A model generated the notes under the pieces. The model saw only the letters and a program-made list of their open reading frames with translations. It made no database searches and was not told the DNA's origin. A DNA stretch of 12,486 nt from Candidatus Krumholzibacteriota bacterium. Its GTDB lineage: Bacteria > Krumholzibacteriota > Krumholzibacteriia > LZORAL124-64-63. Below, one piece after another: positions 6,686 through 12,486 of the stretch. The stretch spans positions 1 to 12,486 of the forward strand of contig JBDLKA010000095.1 of assembly GCA_039714075.1 (NCBI GenBank). The letters are read 5' to 3'. A program made the position numbers and the translations under genes. How positions within the stretch are numbered: the first letter of the stretch is position 1; each line of letters opens with the position of its first letter.

Positions 6686-9600
6686 CTACTTCACCAGAGC
6701 CATTTTCCGGACTTTTACCTTCCCGCCGGTGCGCGCTTCGTAGAAGTACACGCCGGAGGAAACGCTGGAACCCTGGTTGTTGGTGCCGTCCCAGACGATG
6801 GAACCCGAATCCGTAGCTTCCATCATGCCCTCGACAAGGGTCTTGACCAACTGACCGCGCACGTTGAAGACCTTCAAGCTGAACTGATCCCTCCTGGGGA
6901 CGGTAAACTTGATGGTCGTGCTCGGGTTGAAGGGGTTCGGATAGTTGTCGATCGCGAAATCGATACCGGGCACAACCGGGCTCACATTACCAGGAGTACC
7001 CGCAACACCGAAGTAGAACAGGACGTCACGCAGCACGCGAGCCCGCGCGGGGAGGGGATCCCCGGCAGCAGTCGGATCCGTGTAGACGTACATCAGATCG
7101 TAGGGCATCGAAACGACGCGGCTGGTGCCCGCGGTCCCGGCAGTGGGGTTCAGCGACGCGGCCGAGTAGCCATACACACCGGTGGCGCCGGAAGGATCAC
7201 GGAACTCGGCGAGACGCTCGGTCCCGGCCCTGACGTCGGTGGCATCGAAGGTGTTGATACCGGCACAGCCTCCGAAGGCAGCCCAGCTGTTCACCGTGCT
7301 GAACACCGAGTTACCGCCGATGGCGGCGACCAGCGGAGTGGACTGGTTACCGATGAGAGAACGGATGTCGTCCGAAGAGACATTGACACCCAGATAGTTC
7401 TCAGCCAGGGCCCCGGTACTGGCACCGGTCTGCATGAGGTCGGACACGAGGTCGTCACCGGTCAGGAAGATGTCGTGGCCACCGGCATCCAACCAGCCGG
7501 TCAGGGTACCGACGTCGTCCCCGGCGTCGTTGTTGAAGTCGCCGTTGGCGATGGTGTTCACACCCAGGTTACCGCTGGTGTAGAGGATGTCGTCGTAGCC
7601 GTCGATGAGCACGGCGCTGCCACGACCACCGATGCCGTTGCCGACACCCGAACTCGGAGCGTTGACGTAGTACACGTCGTAGTCCTCACCGACCACCAGA
7701 CCGATGCCGTTCAGGGCGGAATACCATTCATTCTCGCCGCCGCGGTTCGCGAAGTCGTTGATGAACAGGATGCCGGGCTGGTCCCCGGCACCGGCGTTCA
7801 TCGTCGGCAGGGCCCGGACCACGAAACTCGAGTTGTAGGCCAGGGGATCACCGAACACTCCGTAACCGGTGAGATCAGCAGGTATGGTGGATGTCTGGGG
7901 ATCGGAACCACCGACCCCACCGATGGCATCCGTCGCCGAAATGTAATAGTGAAGCACATCACCCGGGAACAGGAAGCCCGTATCCGGCAGATCAAAGGCC
8001 CACCCGTTATCGACAGGCCCATAATAACCGCCGGGAGGATTGAACTGTTGCACACCCACGGTGGTGCCGACCGCGGGCAGGGGACCACGATACGGATCGA
8101 AGACCGGATTGCGATCCAACGTGTAGTGCATAATCGGATCGCCGTCGAAGTCGGCTCCCGCGCGCACCGGACTGATGCCGACAACTATACTGTCACCCGG
8201 GTCGTTGCGCAGGTGCGCGGCCAGGGCAATGTTTCTGGCGGCGTCGAAACGCACGCTGTGGGAGCCGAGGTCGCCCCAATCCAGGGAAGCGCGATCGGGG
8301 AAGTTATCCTGGGCTATATCCAGTTCACGCGCGAATATACCGGGACCGTGGTAGGGGAAGACCTTGACGGTCACGTTGTCGAAGTAGGGTGCCGGGTAAC
8401 CATCGTTACCGGTCCAGTACCAGATCCAACCCAGCTCGTAAACCGCCAGCTGCACCTGGACTTCGTCGCGGCCCTGGTTCATCAGGTCGGTCACCTCGCT
8501 GCCGAAGCGCAGGTAATTCGGAGGACCGTAGTAGACGAAGTTGCGGTCCCGCCAACCCTGCTCGGTGATCACCTGGACACCGTTTCCGGCGGAACCATCG
8601 GTATCAGCCGAACGAACCCCCCAGGTGAAGAACATTCCCGGAGCATCAGCCGTCAGATCCTCGTGGCGATAAACCCCGAAGGTAAAGTCGATCCCGTCAT
8701 ATTCCGCTCCTCCGGGAGGATTCTTCGGACTGGGCCAGGCCATGACGGGAGACTCGATTGCGTTGTGCATGTGTTCGTTTGGACCGGCGAGACCACCGGT
8801 GGTGTTCACGATATAGCCGCCGGGACCATAGCACCAGTTGATGCAGTCACTACCGCCGGTGCCGGGGACGACGATGCCGTCGTCTATGAAGGCGACCTGC
8901 GCGGTAAAGTTGGAAATGCAGGGGTCGATGTCCGTCAGACCGAGCCAGATACGGGCAAAATCACCGACACCGCCGGGGAACCCGATGCTCCAGACATCGT
9001 TGGTCGGGGTCATGGGCAGGGCTCCGGCACCCTCGAAGTCTTCACTGAAATCGGCGATGTAGGCGCCGTTTTCAACGTGAACATTGATGTCGTCGATCTG
9101 CACGGCACCGGCCGTGAGCCAGGAGCAGTCCTCATCGGACCAGCCGCCGTCGGACTTGAAGCGGAAGTACATGGCGATGTCCGTGCCGTCCATGTAATCC
9201 GCCGGGGTGTAGGTGACCGAACCGACGACGCCGGACAGGGTGCCCGCACCGTCCTGAACCCACAGGTCGGCGAAAGGCTGGTCCCCGAAACGATAGCTGA
9301 GGTAAGCGTAGTCATACCCGGGCTCGGTGTCGTACTGCACCGTGGCCGAAACGGTTACGGCAGTGTTCAGACCGGTGTTGGGCATGGTCGAACGGAACTC
9401 GATCAGATCGTTCCAGCTGTTTCCGTACCCCCCCACGGCATCACTGGTGTCGCAGGCGACGAAGGCGATGTCGCCGCACCAGGCGGCGTGATTCAGCGGG
9501 TCGGCCTGATTGTAGTTGCTGACCTGGAAGTGGGTCTCCGTGGGTTGGGTGATGTCCCAGTGGGTCCACCCGTTCCAGTTGGGATTTCCACCGGCATCTT

Positions 9601-9835
9601 CGAAGTCCCCATCATAGAAAGGCTCGAGGCCGCCGTCACGGGCGTCGGAGTTGTTGGTGGGATCGGTCGAAGACGCCATCAGGTTGATGGTATCAAAACC
9701 GGCCTTGGCGAAATGGGCGTTGCCGCCGTAAATCACGGAGTTGCCGATGGTCATCCGCGGCAGTTCCCCGGCGATCGAACTCACGGCAAACACCAGGGAA
9801 AACGCGATACAGGCGAACATTGTACGTTTTTTCAT
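6686..9835 (-). CDS. Large secreted/surface protein (~1049 aa) with a C-terminal FlgD-Ig / T9SS type-A-like sorting domain
   Basis: Start placed at the ATG at 9835 because the ORF-track extension 'MEET' (ATGGAGGAAACA) contains the GGAGG RBS at 9845-9841. Signal peptide MKKRTMFACIAFSLVFAVSSIA. C-terminus NYPNPFNPSTTIKF...LKVFNVRGQLVKTLV...WDGTNNQGSSVSSGVYFY...KMALVK. The body is rich in Gly, Asp, Thr and aromatic residues. Confidence 0.88.
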   Translation of the reverse strand: MKKRTMFACIAFSLVFAVSSIAGELPRMTIGNSVIYGGNAHFAKAGFDTINLMASSTDPTNNSDARDGGLEPFYDGDFEDAGGNPNWNGWTHWDITQPTETHFQVSNYNQADPLNHAAWCGDIAFVACDTSDAVGGYGNSWNDLIEFRSTMPNTGLNTAVTVSATVQYDTEPGYDYAYLSYRFGDQPFADLWVQDGAGTLSGVVGSVTYTPADYMDGTDIAMYFRFKSDGGWSDEDCSWLTAGAVQIDDINVHVENGAYIADFSEDFEGAGALPMTPTNDVWSIGFPGGVGDFARIWLGLTDIDPCISNFTAQVAFIDDGIVVPGTGGSDCINWCYGPGGYIVNTTGGLAGPNEHMHNAIESPVMAWPSPKNPPGGAEYDGIDFTFGVYRHEDLTADAPGMFFTWGVRSADTDGSAGNGVQVITEQGWRDRNFVYYGPPNYLRFGSEVTDLMNQGRDEVQVQLAVYELGWIWYWTGNDGYPAPYFDNVTVKVFPYHGPGIFARELDIAQDNFPDRASLDWGDLGSHSVRFDAARNIALAAHLRNDPGDSIVVGISPVRAGADFDGDPIMHYTLDRNPVFDPYRGPLPAVGTTVGVQQFNPPGGYYGPVDNGWAFDLPDTGFLFPGDVLHYYISATDAIGGVGGSDPQTSTIPADLTGYGVFGDPLAYNSSFVVRALPTMNAGAGDQPGILFINDFANRGGENEWYSALNGIGLVVGEDYDVYYVNAPSSGVGNGIGGRGSAVLIDGYDDILYTSGNLGVNTIANGDFNNDAGDDVGTLTGWLDAGGHDIFLTGDDLVSDLMQTGASTGALAENYLGVNVSSDDIRSLIGNQSTPLVAAIGGNSVFSTVNSWAAFGGCAGINTFDATDVRAGTERLAEFRDPSGATGVYGYSAASLNPTAGTAGTSRVVSMPYDLMYVYTDPTAAGDPLPARARVLRDVLFYFGVAGTPGNVSPVVPGIDFAIDNYPNPFNPSTTIKFTVPRRDQFSLKVFNVRGQLVKTLVEGMMEATDSGSIVWDGTNNQGSSVSSGVYFYEARTGGKVKVRKMALVK

Positions 9836-10050
9836 TGTTTCCTCCATTGATTATGTCCGCAGGCAATCCATGGTCAGGCGAACGATTGCCGTGCAGACCA
9901 AGCGTTATTCAGGCGCCTGTCGGAACAGGCGGAACCGCGCTATCAAGCGAGCAACCAAAAATGATGATGACCTGTGGCGACGAGTGAACAAGGTGTCAAG
10001 AGATCGATCTGAATTCCGTGTGAATGGTAGGAATCGCTCACACTTAATAA

Positions 10051-10065
10051 TGAGAATTAATCTCA
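10051..10065. promoter_or_regulatory. Fur-box-like 7-1-7 palindrome (candidate operator)
   Basis: TGAGAAT-T-AATCTCA has one mismatch to a perfect inverted repeat. The 19-mer at 10046-10064 matches GATAATGATAATCATTATC at 14 of 19 positions by manual count. Confidence 0.45.
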
Positions 10066-10072
10066 CTTGATC

Positions 10073-10101
10073 AATGTACTACGGATAATTTTGAAAATCA
10101 A
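10073..10101 (-). promoter_or_regulatory. Putative sigma70 promoter for the large secreted-protein gene
   Basis: On the - strand: TTGATT (10101-10096), 17-bp spacer, TACATT (10078-10073), preceded by an A-rich UP-element-like tract at about 10110-10135. Confidence 0.5.
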
Positions 10102-10155
10102 TACCGGAGTTTTTTTATATTCTTTTATTAATTCGATAATTGACAGATATTTAAC

Positions 10156-10183
10156 AAAAAACCCCCATCCAAATGGATGGGGG
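10156..10183 (-). terminator. Rho-independent terminator of hppA
   Basis: On the - strand: CCCCCATCC-ATTT-GGATGGGGG followed by TTTTTT, about 40 nt after the stop codon. Confidence 0.9.
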
Positions 10184-10224
10184 CTTTGACAACTCCAGGA
10201 CAACTACCACCCTGGAAATGTTCC

Positions 10225-12243
<2,019 letters not shown>

Positions 12244-12300
12244 GCTTTGTCCTCCTGCAAGGGGATTGAATCCGCTCTAATGGACCCGGAATCGGGATTC

Positions 12301-12334
12301 AAAAGAGCAGACGCCCACTGGAAGGCGTCTGCCC
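12301..12334 (-). terminator. Terminator-like hairpin inside the predicted hppA 5' leader
   Basis: On the - strand: GGGCAGACGCC-TTCCAGTG-GGCGTCTGCTC-TTTT, a 9-bp perfect stem extendable by G-U and G-C pairs, with a short U-tract. Confidence 0.5.
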
Positions 12335-12346
12335 GAAATCGCGGGA

Positions 12347-12375
12347 ATTGTAGTAAAATGATCCAGTTATTGCAA
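12347..12375 (-). promoter_or_regulatory. sigma70 promoter of hppA
   Basis: On the - strand: TTGCAA (12375-12370), 17-bp spacer, TACAAT (12352-12347). Confidence 0.75.
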
Positions 12376-12422
12376 GTTTCTTCCCGGACCAGTTTCTTCC
12401 AGAACCAGTTTCTTCCCGGACC
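12375..12422. repeat. Three tandem 16-bp direct repeats
   Basis: AGTTTCTTCCCGGACC (12375-12390), AGTTTCTTCCAGAACC (12391-12406) and AGTTTCTTCCCGGACC (12407-12422). Confidence 0.95.
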
Positions 12423-12449
12423 ACCCGCATGGCCGGAAATGATGCCGGG

Positions 12450-12485
12450 CTACTTGCCGGCGATCTCCACCAGTTCCACTTCGAA
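12450..12485 (-). CDS. C-terminal tip of an upstream gene, probably an FKBP-type peptidyl-prolyl isomerase (partial)
   Basis: The - strand reads ...FEVELVEIAGK* with high-GC codon usage. FEVEL is the typical last strand of FKBP domains, but only 11 residues are visible. Confidence 0.55.
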   Translation of the reverse strand, partial: FEVELVEIAGK

Positions 12486-12486
12486 G

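Noticed and set aside
7475..9850. 791-aa + strand ORF antisense to the large secreted gene
   Set aside because: It is a shadow ORF of a GC-rich, codon-biased gene with no recognisable motifs. The - strand gene has the signal peptide, RBS, C-terminal domain and terminator.
9994..9999. Perfect TTGACA on the - strand upstream of the large gene
   Set aside because: There is no credible -10 hexamer at 16-18 bp spacing (CACAGG/ACAGGT).
9741..10070. 109-aa + strand ORF crossing the intergenic leader
   Set aside because: It overlaps the start of the large gene in antisense, has no RBS, has atypical codon usage and runs through a regulatory region.
10194..10216. Short inverted repeat TCCAGG...CCTGGA after the hppA stop
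   Set aside because: It is only a 6-bp stem with an 11-nt loop and no U-tract. The real terminator is at 10156-10183.
12375..12422. Possible mini-CRISPR array or iterons
   Set aside because: The units are contiguous with no spacers and too short for CRISPR repeats, and no cas or rep gene is nearby.

Overview
GC-rich bacterial chromosomal window with mostly housekeeping, energy and envelope genes. It has no integrase, transposase, CRISPR array, rRNA or tRNA. The + strand carries a 5'-truncated NuoI-like ferredoxin fused to a GltD-like flavoprotein, a rubrerythrin-like ferritin-fold protein, an SOS-associated SRAP (YedK/HMCES) protein, an FSA-type transaldolase-family aldolase and a small secreted beta-barrel-like protein. 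The - strand carries the C-terminal tip of a probable FKBP-type PPIase, a K+-dependent (probably Na+-pumping) membrane pyrophosphatase, a ~1050-aa secreted protein with a FlgD-Ig/T9SS-like C-terminal domain, and a three-gene operon (LTxxQ periplasmic protein, YjbQ, class I/II aminotransferase). Four sigma70-like promoters with 17-bp spacers and two clear intrinsic terminators can be read directly. The T9SS-like tail combined with high GC, canonical -35/-10 promoters and GGAGG Shine-Dalgarno sites suggests a non-Bacteroidota FCB lineage such as Krumholzibacteriota or Latescibacterota (inference). The most interesting signals are a beta-clamp-binding-like QMNLF tail on SRAP, three 16-bp repeats plus a terminator-like leader hairpin at the hppA promoter, a Fur-like palindrome and long structured leader before the giant secreted protein, and the NuoI-GltD fusion. 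I found no clear-cut novel multi-gene system.
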